DNA of 64,000 nt, from contig JAPMXV010000025.1 in assembly GCA_026936335.1 (NCBI GenBank), forward strand, positions 186,001 through 250,000, read 5' to 3'. Shown in pieces: positions 15,001-27,114 of the stretch; the first letter of the stretch is position 1; every line of letters begins with the position of its first letter. Source of the stretch: Mantamonas sphyraenae STR306. Lineage: Eukaryota > Protista > CRuMs. Position numbers and translations under genes: made by a program. A model generated the notes under the pieces. The model saw only the letters and a program-made list of their open reading frames with translations, did not search any database and was not told the origin of the DNA.

Positions 15001-18000
15001 CCTTCACACCTGCCATGATGGCGTTGGAAGCCGCGTTGCCAATTTGGCGGCTCCACACCGCGCTTCCGTCGGATGCGTCCAGCTTCAGCAGCAGCAGATC
15101 CGTCACACCGGCCAACGTGCCAGCGTACGACCCGGACGTCTCGGCAAACACGTACAGGTAGCGTTCGTCGGCACTCAGCCAGCACGAACGTGCCTTGTCG
15201 CTGGCCGACGTGCCAAGTTGGCGCACCCACACCTTGTTGCCTGTCTCGTCCATGCGCATCACCACGATGTCCGCGTTACCCAGAGCCGTGGCGCCTTCAA
15301 ATGCTGCGCTTGAGTATCCCGACGCAAACAACGCCTTGCCGTCTGCAGATGCATCGCCGCCCAGGAACGAGTCTTCCGTCGCCGTGCCGTACATCTTGTA
15401 CCACAGGTTGGTGCCGTTCGGCGCAAACTTGGCCACGTACGCATCGACGCCTCCCGCGCTGCTCTGACCTGGGAAGGTACCGTCTGTGCGCGAGGCCACC
15501 AGAATCGACCCGTCCTGCATGAATGTCGTGGCAAACGCACGGTCGTCGCCGCTCGTGCCGATTTGCGCCACATGCGGCGTCGTCAATCCACACTTGCCCA
15601 TACGCGTTGTAAAGGTGCCCGACACGGCGCCGTACGTGACCTGCACGTTCAGCACATCACTCGTTTGGCCTGTTTGGAGCGCAAACGACAGCGTCTTCCA
15701 CGCGGCCTCCAGCTGGGCGGCTGTGCCAACCTGCTGCAGCGAACTGCCGCCTGTGCCGTTCACGTTGCATCCGACACACGAAACAGTCAGGTTCATGACC
15801 TGCGACGGATCGGTGTCCAGGATGCGCAGGGCATGCGTGGCACCGGAGAACGTGTCGGCATTCGCGGAAGCCGGCAGACCCGTCAGCCTCGGCTGCATCA
15901 CTTGCAGGCGCTCCACGTACACATCGTGGCCACCGCCTGCGTAGGTGGTGCCAGGCAGTGCAGATTGCATCCTGGCGCTCAACACCACCTGGTTGTTGCA
16001 TCGACCGGCGATGTAGCTGGTCACTTCCGTGCCCGACACGCCCTTTTGGATGATTTGCACCACCTCGCCACTGCTTGTCAGCGTGGCCACAAAGAGGTCG
16101 TAGTTGCCATCGGCGTTCTTCAACGGCTGGCCAGGCAACGAGCCCTGTGTCGAACCGCCGGCCACCACGTGACCCGAATCAAGCACGGTCAACCCGGCCA
16201 CAAACTCGCTTGCCCCGCTGTCCATCAATCGGCCCCACAGCACGCCTCCATCGGTGCCGTTGATGGCCAACACAGATGCATCGGTTCCACCGCCGCGGGA
16301 CTGGCCGTACCAGGTCGAGCTGGAAGTCGACCCACCGACGTACAGTGTGTCCCTGGCTGCGTCAAAGGCGCAGCCGAACGTCTGCTCGCCTCCGGCTGCT
16401 CCGTACACCTTGCTCCACACCATGTTGCCATTGGGGTCGTACTTGACCACCAGCGAATCCTGGAGGCCAAATGCACTCTGTCCGGCAATGGTGGGCGACG
16501 ACGTCTCGCCAACCAGGAAGAGGTCGCCTGTGCGTGGATCCACACACGCGGACAATCCCAGGTCTGCAGCGCTGCCGCCCACCTGACGCGTCCACATCAG
16601 TGTTCCGTCCGAGGTGCGCACCTTGAACGCCACCATGTCGTCTTCGCCTGCGTTGATTGCACTCAGGTTGCTCTTGGTGTGGCCCACGCCGTACACGTAG
16701 TCGCCCTCAGGCGACAGTACACCGGCGCGTGCAAGGTCGTCGTTGACACCGCCAAACATGGTGGTCCACACAAGAGTACCACTGCTGGTCAGCTTCATCA
16801 CAACCATGTCCACCCCGCCGGTGATGGTCTTTCCGTTAAGGTCGCCGTTAGTGCGACCCACGATGTACACGTTGCCCAAACCATCGACCAGGACGGCGTC
16901 GGCGACATCGTTGCCTGCGCCGCCCGTCTGGAACGTCCACACCTCCAACCCGCTGCTGTTGTACTTTCGCACAAACAGATCGTTGCTCCCCTGCACCGTG
17001 TAGCCCGCCGACACCGCCACGGTTGAGTATCCACTCACGTAGGCATTGCCACTGGCATCCGTGGCCATCGAGGTGCTGCGGTCGTCTGCACTTGTGCCAA
17101 TGCTGGCCACAAAGTTTGTCGCCGGGCCATAGCCACACGCACCATGCACAGGCACAGTCTTGGTGGACGTGTATCCATCCACGCCCAAAATGACCTGCAG
17201 GGCCTCTCCCGCCTTGTTGCCGTCAAACTGCACAGTCAACGTGCTCCACGCCTGGGCCACCTGCTGTGCTGTGGCACCGGTTGCAAGTTGCAGGCTCTGC
17301 AGACCCGTGCCCTTCAGATTGCACGAACTGCACGACACAGTGAGGTTCAATGGCCTGCCTTCGTGCAGCATCGCCAGAGGATACAACGCACCCACGTTCA
17401 CAGTGCCCACGTCCACGTACGACGGCAATCCAAGGATGGGAATGGGCAAGTTGACAACCGCCACCCAACTGTCAGTGGCGCCGGGGACACCTGAGGCGCC
17501 GTTCACAGCATAGTCACCGCTCAAGATTCCACCGACAGCGGCCTGAGTGCCACACATGGCCTCCACTGCGTACATCCACAACCCGCCAGTCGCCAGGACA
17601 GTCTTGGTGTCCAGGTACTGACCTTCCGTTGTGTACAAGGCGACGCCGGTGGAATCGGAGCCATCGGCAATTGGGACGAGCAAGTGGCCGTTGGACGTCA
17701 TCGAAAGGGAGGCAACGACCTTGGATCCCGAACCCAAGGCGGTGGACCACAGCACCGTACCTGTCGTCGCATCCATGGCCATCAACACGCCCACTTGCGT
17801 CGGAGAGCCAGGGTTCACCGCACCGCCAACGAGACTGGGGCCGTGCAAAATCCCCGCGAGGTACAGTCGCCCTGCGCGATAGAACGCAGCCCGGAATTCG
17901 TTGGAAGCCCCTGTGTTTGGAATGACCGTCGTCCACACGCGTGATCCCATGGGCGAGTACTTGGTCACCGCAAACGAGCTGTCGGTTGATATGTTGTATC

Positions 18001-21000
18001 TGCCCACCGCGTACAGGTTGTCGAGACTGTCGACGTCGCATGACATCCAGGAGTCGTCGTTGGCCGTCCCAAACGAGTCCAACCACACGATTTCTCCTGT
18101 GGCAGCGCTGATCTTGGACGCCCAAACATCATTGCCTTGCGCCGTGAACCCGAGATCAGTGGAAGTCGACGCTCCCACCAAGAAGATGTACTTCTCGTCT
18201 GTGGTCATTACCGTGCCATAGACCCAATCCGCGCCGTTTCCATACAACACAGCACGTTGCCACAGCTGCGTGCCAGACGAGGAGATCTTGGACAAATACA
18301 CCTCCCCTCCACCAGAGGGAAAGTAGACGTTGTCAGCGCTGTCCAACACAAAGTTGTAGTTGGTATTCGTGCTTCCGGTGTCAAACATGTACGTCCACGC
18401 TTCGCCGCCTGTGGCATTGAACTTGCGCACGTAGGCCCCCCATCCCGTAGGGGTAGGCCCTGACGCATTCAGGGCGCTGTTTGTGTGTCCACCAGCATAC
18501 ACCGCATCGTCCATGCCCACCTCAATGTCAAACACGCGTTCGTTCGCGCTGTCTCCGTATTGCACCACAAAGGTCGCTGGCACGGAGCCGCAGGGACGAA
18601 TGTACGTCGACGTGGTGATGTTGGCCACGTCGTCCGATACCGTCACCGTCAACTGTGTCGCGGCGTTGGTTTGGACGTCAAATACAATGCGCACCGCAGA
18701 CCAGGCGGCCATCAGGGCTGCCGGCGAACCAGTGGTGCTCGTGCTGCTCAAGCCCGTGCCGTTGATGTTGCAGCCCGCACACGCAATGCCCATCGTGAGC
18801 ACACTGCTATCTGCGTCTGCGATGGCCAGCGGGTACTGTGCGCCCACCGACTCGGTGCTGGCATACATCCACCGCGGCAGGCCACTCACCGTGGGCACCT
18901 TGGGGAATGACGCCGAACCGATGATGGCGTCGTATGCGTTGCCCGAGTCACTGAACTGCGGTTGGAAGGCGCCGTCTGTGTGACCAACCACGAACAGAGT
19001 CGATGTGAACGGGTTGCCGACAGATGGTTGATACGCGCTTTCCGTGCCCGCACCTCCCTGCATCTTCGTTCCAAGCAGGTTTCCTGCGGCGTCAAAGTGT
19101 GCAAAGAAAAGATCCGACGAGCCAACCGGAGTGTCTGCGCCGATGGTGCCACTTGTCTGTCCACCCGCAATGATTGACCCGTCATCGTTCACAGTCACCT
19201 GTGAAAACACGTCTGAGGCGCTGGAGCCAATGGATCGCACCCACTCCACGGCGCCCGTGCGTGCGTCCAAGCGGATCAGCACTGCGTCATTGTCTCCTTT
19301 GTGTGTCGTGCCCATGATGCTGCCGGCAGAGAAGCCGGCCACGTACACGGCCTTTTCATCCATGCTCAGAGCAATGGCCTGGCCCACGTCGTCGTTGGCC
19401 CCACCGACAGATACACCCCACACCATTGCACCGTTGCTGTTGCGCTTGATCACAACGATATCGTTGCCGCCGGCGTTGGCATTGCCCATGATGGGCACTG
19501 CCGCGATACCTGTGTACAACAGATTGCTCTGCGAGTCTGCGGTGATGGCAAAGGGTGCGATTGCACCTTCGGCAAATGTATCCATGAGCGCCCACACGGG
19601 CTCACCCGTGGTCGGGTCAATCTTCATGACGAGTGCGCTCGCATGAGCTCCACTGAGTGCATTCAGGCCAAGTTCGGTGATGTTTCCAAGCACCACCCCA
19701 GCTGCATACAGGAAGCCATTGGGAGCCAGTGTGATTTTCGTGTGCGAGTCTGTGCCACTCGAGCCCACTTGCTTGGTCCACAACTGCTTTCCCGTGTGAT
19801 CAACCGCTGCCCACATCAAATCGGCAGATCCGTTGTTGCCCTGGCCGTCGAGGTTGCTGAACGTATGGCCTGCCACGTACACGTTGCCGTTGTCTGCAAC
19901 GGCGCAGGAAGAGCCGTACTCCGAGTTTGTGGAGGTCACGCGAGTGGCCATGGTCAGGTTGCCGAATGCGTCCAACAAACCGACAATCGCACCTGTCGTT
20001 GCAGGCGATTCAATGGGAATGCCCATAACAACGGTGTTGGAAAATCCACTGATACAGTATGACCCTGCTGCGTTGCGGTCCATGCCCTGGAAGCGCGACA
20101 CTCCACTGGCGCCGTTGTACTGCTTGACAAACGGCGCTCCGACGCTGGGACTCTGTGCCAGAATCGAATGAGTAATGACAGTGGAGCCCGCGGACAGCGT
20201 GACTTTGACATGCTGCAGCGGGGCGTTGGCAGGTTGCGACACCGTAAGGGACGCCCACGCCGTTTGCACCTGCGATGCGGTGCCCACTGTGTTGGTCAGA
20301 CTCAGCGTACACGCGGTACAGCTCACCGTCAGCTGGAATTGTTTGGTCTCGTGCGGGTTGGCGATGGTGATGGGGTGCAGCGCACCCAAGGCGTACGTCT
20401 GGCCCGACACCGTGTTGATCAGGCTGGGCAGTCCATACACGGCCATCGGGGGCAGCAAAGGCAGCGTCCACACCATGGCATCGTCGTTGCCAATGGCCGT
20501 GGTGCCTGTCCACACACCGTTGGTGAAGCCCACCCCAACTGTCTGGTTGTTGCAGGTGGTCACGAAATCACGCAGATCATCGGTGCCCGTATCGCCCATC
20601 TGGGCTTGATACAGCTTGGTGCCGTTGAGGCTGTACACGGTGTAGAAAAAGTCACTTGATCCACCGAGTGTGTAGCCAGGCAAAGCACCCGCTGTGTCTG
20701 CTCCGGCGACCACGTATCCCGACGGTGTGACGGAGACGGCCACGCCTGAGTCGGTTGCGGTAGTGCCTTCCATCTTGGTCCACACAATGCTGCCTGTCGT
20801 GGCGTTGATGGCCACCACAAGGTTGTCCTGACCACCCACTGCCGCCACGCCGTTGACCGTGCCTGTGGCGCTTCCCGTGCCGATGACCAGGCCGTGCGAC
20901 GCAACACCTTTTGACAACTCATCATTGGTGGTGCTCCCCACCATGACTGTCCAGCCAAGGGTGCCGTTGGCATGGTACTTCACGACCAAGGCGTCGTTTC

Positions 21001-24000
21001 CGCCTGCGCTTGTTGCACCGTGCAGCGTGCCTGCGCCGTAGCCAAACAAATACAGGTCACCGTTGTCGTCCATGTCCATGTCGTACACGATCTCGTCGTT
21101 TGCGCTTCCAAACTGGTGGATCCACAGCGTGCTGCCATCGCCTGCCGACAATTTGGCCAGGAATCCGTCCCACGAGCCTGCGTTGGTGCCATTGAGTGAC
21201 CCCTGCGTGCTTCCTGCCACGTAAAGCGTGGTGGCATCCTTGCTGATGGACAGACCAAAGGCTTGATCGCCGCTGGCAGTTCCAAACTGCTTGGACCACA
21301 CCGTGCTACCGGTGTTGCCGTTCAGCTTGATCACAAACGCGTCTGAGCCACCCAACGAGCTGTTGAACAGTGCGCCATTCGTGTAGCCACACGCATACAC
21401 GTCGCCATAGATGTCCACCACAACGTCGCGAATAAAATCACTGCCAGACGTGCCATACTGTTTGCCCCACACGAGTTGGCCGTTGGCATCGCTCTTGGTC
21501 ACAGCGACATCCCAGTCACCGGCGTTGGTGGCGTACCAGGAACCAAAGGTGATGGCAGTTGCAACCAGTCCACCATCGGGGGTTGCAGCGGCGTACTGGT
21601 AGCGATCGTTGCCTCCACTGCCGTTGCGTGCCACATCAAACCCAAAGGTCTTGCACGAGGGCACCGCAACGTACTGCATCGTCGACGTGGTCGTAAAGTG
21701 TGCGTCGGTGACGGTCACTGTGAGTGTTTGTACCGACCACGGGTATCCCACCATGGACAGGGTGAGTGCGTTCCACGCCTGCTCGATCGCATACGCCGTG
21801 CCCGTCAGTTCCGTCGACGACACGGTGCATGCCGAGCACGACACGGTCAGCTTCAGCAGGCGCGTGTCTCCGTCGTAGATCTTCAGTGGATACTGAGAGC
21901 CCACAGTGAATGCCGAACCCACACTGGGCAACCCGGTCACTGTGGGGGGTGCGTCGCCAGAGGTAACGGTCGCCACCATGGTATCCGAGGTGCCACCCAG
22001 AGTCACACCCTCTTCCATCACTCCGCTTGTCAATCCGACCATGCGTGGCGAGCCGTCACACCCGACAGCGGTCGAGTACACAGTCTCGCCCGAGGTGGAA
22101 CCCACTCCACGGGCCCACAGGTACTCGCCCGAGGTGCTCACAGCCAATGCGACGGCGTCGTTGCTGCCAACGACTGTGTAGTCGGGGAAAGGAGGAGGCA
22201 GTGGTCACTCCCAGCACGACGTACCCGTCGGGCGAGGCGGCCACCGAGCGCGAGGCCTCATTGGCCGAGCCGCCAAAGACCTTGGCCCAGCGCAACGTGC
22301 CATCCACAGTGTTGATGGCACCCATGCCGATATCATTCCCTCCCAGTCCGGCGTGGCCGTACCAGGTTCCTGCAGCAACCGTCGTTTCCACAAACAAGGT
22401 GTCGTCAATCACGGCGCAGCCGGGATGCTGCTCAGATTGTGAGTCGCCCACGAAGCGCGTCCACTGAAAGTTGCCGTTCTTGTCCAGTTTGGTGGCAAAC
22501 ATGTCGTAGCTACCGGCCGGCGTTTGGCCGTCAAAGCTGCTCTGGGTGTGACCCACCACATACAGGTTGTCCTGCGCATCCAAGCACAGGCGACTGGTGT
22601 AGTCGATGTCTGTGCCTCCGCGTTGGTGCATCCACACGATGGCACCCGTGGAAGGGTCGACCTTGGCTGCCCAAAGGTCATCCTGGCCAGCGTTGGTGCC
22701 GTTCAGGTCGCCACTCGTGTACCCAGCAATGTACACGAATCCATCCGAGCCCACCTCCACACCACGGATCTGTTCCGGAGCAGCAGTGCCGAACTGGATG
22801 CCCCACTGGAGGTTGCCCGTGCTGTTGAGCTTGTACAGGTAGGCGTCGTTGCTGCCAGCAGGGGCCGCAAAGATGTTCCCGGCCGTGGTGCCAGCCACGT
22901 ACACGTCGTCGCTGGATGACCTGGCCATGTCCAGCACGAAATCTGCACCGATGCCTCCTGTCTGGTAGTACCACACCGGGTTGCCCAGAGTGTCGAAGGC
23001 CACCACACCTGAATCGCTTGCACCACCGCTGTAAGTGAAACCAGGCAAGGACTCGCTGATGTCAACGCCCACCACCATTACGTTGGTCGACAGCGTAACC
23101 ACTGCAAATGCGCGATCGTCTGCAGTGGTGTTGAAAGGCTGTCGCACAACCGACCTGGCTGGCTTGCATGTCGCTGTCTCTTTGAAGCGGATCACAAAGG
23201 AGTCCAGCGACCCCACGGGCGAGGTGCCGTAGAACTGCGATGAAGAGTAGCCCCACGTAAAGAACTCGCCCGCAGGGCCTCGAACCAGACCGAACGCCTT
23301 GTCAGCTGAGGTTCCACCAAACGCATACTCCTTCAACACGCGGCCACTCTCGGGTTGGTACTCGTGGAAAATGCTGTACACTCCCGAGATGCCAGGGTAC
23401 GTGGTGGCGTAGTCCGATGTCGATCCTGCGACCCAAACACGGCGCTCCGACTCGGAGACAACAACGCCGCCGTACAGGTCGCTGTCGGATCCTCCCAGCT
23501 GCCTCGTCCACTTCACAGTCCCGTTGTAGTTGATCATCATGAAGATGGCATCGTTGCTGCCACCTGCAACCGGGCCTGCCAGCAGGGTGGTTGTGTACCC
23601 AGCCACGTAGATGTGCTCCGTGTCTAGGACACCCAGGGCGCGATGGATGACCGCTTTTCCAAAGCCAACGCCAATCGTACCCAGCACGGTGCCGTTGAGG
23701 TCCATGTGCACAACCATGACGCTCCAGATGCCAAAGGAGGCTGTGGTTCCGGCAAGATCGCCGTTGTCCGACCTTGTCAACCCACCCAAGTACAGGGTGT
23801 TTGTGCCATTGTGGTGGTAGATGCCGTTGAAGCGGTCTTCTTGAGTGCCACCCATGACGCGCTGCCAGTCGACAGTGCCGTTCAAGTATGTGCACACCAC
23901 CCAGCTGTCGAAGCTGCCTTGGACGGTTCCGTACACTGTACCCTCAGTCGGGGTGGTGGACGTGTACCCTACAAGGTACAGGCGGTCATCCAATGCAAGC

Positions 24001-25401
24001 ACTCTCTCAAAGTAGTCCGACGTCGTGCTGCCAAACGACTTTGCCCACGCACGTGTGCCGTTGGTATGGTACGCAACAAGGAAGGCGTCGGGACCAGCTC
24101 CTCCTGCGTAGGTTAACCCCATTGCAGAAGCATCAATATGTCCAACAGAGTACATGAGGTCAGACGTGGTCGAGTAGGCAACGCCCCTGACACGGTCGTT
24201 CCCACTGGAACCCGCCATGTCGAACCAATCCAGGGTGCCGTTGGCATGGATGTGTGCAAAGATCAAGTCCTCGCCGCCAGCGTAATCGTATCCCGCCACG
24301 GCGGCGCCTGCGAAGCCGCCGCAGTACGTTGACGAGTCTGGTGCGACCGCACAGTCATAGAAGAGATCCTGAGACGCGGAACCCGTGACCATGAGTTGCC
24401 ATTGACTGGGGTCGGCCGTCGTAGACATGGTCACCGAGGTGGTGCCGTCCGAGAGGGCGACTTGCAGAGTGTCTGCAGCGCCGGCGTTGAAATGCGTTTG
24501 CACGCCGCTCGCCCAGGCAGAGGTCAGAGACGCAGGGCTGCCTGAGAGCTGAAGCAGCTTTGTGTTGTTACCAATCAGCGTGACACCGGCATGTGTGCCG
24601 GTCAGGCTGAGCGTGCACAGGGTGCACGAAACATTCAGGGAGAGCACTCCCGAGTCGTTGTCATTGAATTGAAGAGGGTAAATGCTACCAATGGCCGTGA
24701 CGTCCACGCGAATGAAGGACGACCATCGGGTTGCTGTGATTGTTGGAGCAGTACTCGCTCCAGCTGCAAACACGCCGCAATCGAAAACGGTCGCGCGGGG
24801 CGTGTGCCATGCGTGGGTCAGTGAGAAGCCTAGAATCACGTGGAAAGGGCGCAGTGTGTGTGTTTGGCTGGGATGCACACGATGCAAGCAGACAAGCGGT
24901 GCGAACCATGCGCAGGGGGGCCGACGTTACATCGCCGTTCAGTGCATCGTTGGTTCCAGCGGCCCGTGCATGGTGCCACGCCGGATCAGACACACGGATG
25001 CAGCACACATTGGGTGTGTGTGCAGTGAGGGACCCAAACAAGGCGCAGACATGGGCATGCACAGGCTGGGAGAGCAGCAGCTGGGCAAAGTGGGGCTTGT
25101 GTGCCAATGCATCTCCGTGCTCCTTGTCAAACCGACACGCAAGAAGCACAGTGGGCATTGCTGTGGACCCATGCGCCAGTGTGCGGGACATCGATGTGCA
25201 TACAAGGTTGATCCTGCGGCGCACGATGGCGCCAATGGTTGCATTCAACGCGTAGGGCCAGTGCAGCCGTGGAGGCGTTGTGTAGCCATTACAGGGACGG
25301 AAGGGGAGAGGCTGCTCCGTCCGGACAAACTGACCTTGTGTGACCACAAGAAGAAGGACAATGCACACGAGAAGAAAGCTCTTGATTTCTCGAGCGTTCA
25401 T
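1..25401 (-). CDS. Giant secreted repeat protein (>8,200 aa, 3' end outside the window): signal peptide + tandem [CxxC Ig/cadherin-like linker + SBBP-type beta-propeller] modules; one +1 frameshift at ~22187
   Basis: Exon 1 25401-25335 encodes MNAREIKSFLLVCIVLLLVVTQ (signal-like). Intron 25334-24764 (GTCAGT...CACTGAC...TTTGCAG) joins in frame to AGASTAPTITATRW of the 943-aa ORF. After the frameshift, no listed minus-strand ORF terminates in the frame with + triplets starting at 2 mod 3 between 22204 and base 1, so that frame appears open. Hand-translated segments read as repeats (e.g. LFDTALGSNDFAAAKFDRDG at 2-60; WGKQYGTSGSDFIRDVVVDIYGDVYACGYTNG at ~21380-21470). Confidence 0.9.
500..24650 (-). 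repeat. Protein-level tandem repeat, period ~1.5 kb (~510 aa), 16 diverged linker copies
   Basis: The linker motif (L/M)TVSCxxCx(V/L)NGT recurs at about 530, 2070, 3580, 5110, 6630, 8150, 9680, 11190, 12710, 14225, 15770, 17325, 18775, 20310, 21835 and 24620. Two propellers are adjacent without a linker around 23150. Confidence 0.85.
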
Positions 25402-25563
25402 GATGCTTGTGTGTTGTCTTTAACTTTGCAGTCCTGTTTAAAGTGTGTTTTTTGATGACCATGCTCGCGCAGAAGAACCCAGCACTGCAATTCCGAGGCG
25501 AGGATCACACACAACACAGAGACAGTGCACAGGTGGGCCGTGTTGGGTACAACATACGGTGCA

Positions 25564-26262
25564 ATGGTGGCGATGTGTGGACATGGGCAAGCTGCGCGAT
25601 CCGATGCAAGCCTTTCGATTGTTGGACCGCGGATGGAAGCCCTTGGAAGCAATCTGCAGCTTTTGCTGCAGTCGTTCGAGACACTGAACGACAACATGAA
25701 CAAGCTCAGCGGGCTCAACGACTCGTTGATGGAATTGAACACAGCAGTGGGCGGCTTTGTGTCTGCAGCCGCTCTGAACGCAGAGACGGTGTCGTTTGAC
25801 AACGGCCCGCGCCTCACGGTGGCCCTGAGTGCCTCGCATGTTCTGCAGGAGCAGGCAAAGTCGGGCAACAACACATACGCAAACGCACAGGAAGGCGGCG
25901 GAAGCCACAGCAGCAGCAGCAGCACCTTCAAAACGCCCAGCAAGGCCAGCTCCGATGCGGGTGTCCTGGCGTCCGGCAAAAAATCAGCCAAAAAGCGCGG
26001 TGCACGCAACCCGGTCAAGCGCATGTGTGAGGCTCTGCCAGATTCGTACAAAACGGCGGAGCACCAGCCGAGTGTGGAGCTCATTCTCAAGTATCTGTTC
26101 AAGAAGAGCGAGGGGGCGTATCTGGAAGAGCTCACCAAGGAACTGCTGATCAGCAAGAAACTCGCCATGCAGTACCTCAACATGCTTGTGCGCGCCAAGA
26201 TCGTCACCAAGGGACCCAAGAAGGGCATTCTGTACAAGCTCAACAGCGACCGCAGCTGGTAA
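25564..26262 (+). CDS. DAM1: DASH/Dam1 complex subunit Dam1-like, with a C-terminal winged-helix-like domain (start 25564 or 25633)
   Basis: LLQSFETLNDNMNKLSGLNDSLMELNTAVGGFVSAAALNAETVSFDNGP matches the remembered Dam1 core pattern L..sf..L..N...L.....SL..fN.....F.....lNA..V.F...P. Confidence 0.7.
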   Translation: MVAMCGHGQAARSDASLSIVGPRMEALGSNLQLLLQSFETLNDNMNKLSGLNDSLMELNTAVGGFVSAAALNAETVSFDNGPRLTVALSASHVLQEQAKSGNNTYANAQEGGGSHSSSSSTFKTPSKASSDAGVLASGKKSAKKRGARNPVKRMCEALPDSYKTAEHQPSVELILKYLFKKSEGAYLEELTKELLISKKLAMQYLNMLVRAKIVTKGPKKGILYKLNSDRSW

Positions 26263-26567
26263 TGGACGCAACCTGCACCTGACGTGTGGCTGCGCGCCAA
26301 AAAAAATCCGTCGCTCAACGGCAACCTTTGCACGGTTGCGCGGGAGGCTTTGGAGGCGGGAGACGACTCGAGACAATGCAAACCAAACCCGAAAAGGACA
26401 TTTGAAGGATGTAGGAGGGGTCGTGTGGACTGTGTGGCAGCCTGCGAGCCGCGAGTGGGGAAGTTGCAAAAAATCGCTGCGCTTGACGTGTGTGTGTTTG
26501 GAATCGAGCCGGTTCATTTTGTTTCGAGCAATGTACACAATGGTGGTGGTGCGAGCGGACGTGCGAT

Positions 26568-26798
26568 TCAGAACGCGGTGGCATTGGTGTCGACAAGAAC
26601 CATGTCGTCCTGGACACCCATTGTCTGGATGGCCTGCTGCCAGTTGGACACAATCTGCGAGACGACCTGCGCGCCGGTGTTGAGGCGATCCATGTTTTCG
26701 TTCAGCGTGTCGATGGTGTGAACCATGCGTGCGCTGTGATCCCGCACCAGCAGCAGCGCCTCCAACTCCTGCTTCTTTTCCATGACAGCGTCGGACAT
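26568..26798 (-). CDS. DAD2: DASH/Dam1 complex subunit Dad2
   Basis: MEKKQELEALLLVRDHSARMVHTIDTLNENMDRLNTGAQVVSQIVSNW fits the Dad2 pattern EK..E...l..lrd.S..mv..ietL...l..l..G...V...l.NW; ~76 aa. Confidence 0.8.
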   Translation of the reverse strand: MSDAVMEKKQELEALLLVRDHSARMVHTIDTLNENMDRLNTGAQVVSQIVSNWQQAIQTMGVQDDMVLVDTNATAF

Positions 26799-27114
26799 CT
26801 GTGCTGGCGCGCCAATCAAACCCCAACACACAACAAAACGCGTCAGCTCAGTACGTTGCGTGGGCACACTGGCGACAAGACGAGAGGCTTGTGTGTGGCG
26901 CAATGATGGTGGTGCGGGTTCGGCAGAGGGTTGGGAGGGTGTATGGTGAAATGTTCAACCAACCGTGAAGCGAGTGTCTGTGACTACGGGGGAAGGGTTT
27001 CCTCCGCTGGCGCACTGCACGCCCTTGCATGAAGCTACCCATGCGTCTGTCCACCCATCCACCAGCCAACTCCTTCCCATGATGTGACGACGTGCTGTGC
27101 ACTCCCTATGGTTT

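Noticed and set aside
1-22204. Stop-codon reassignment or pseudogene decay as the reason no long ORF is listed
   Set aside because: The coding frame shows no terminating ORFs in the track and simply lacks a stop inside the window; other genes end in standard TAA, TAG or TGA.
500-24650. CRISPR array or DNA-level tandem repeat
   Set aside because: The periodicity is at the protein level with diverged DNA; there are no identical short direct repeats with spacers.
24764-24887. Listed start of the 943-aa ORF and the body of the 238-aa ORF 24685-25401
   Set aside because: Both read through the 24764-25334 intron; the real N-terminus is the signal-peptide exon at 25401-25335.
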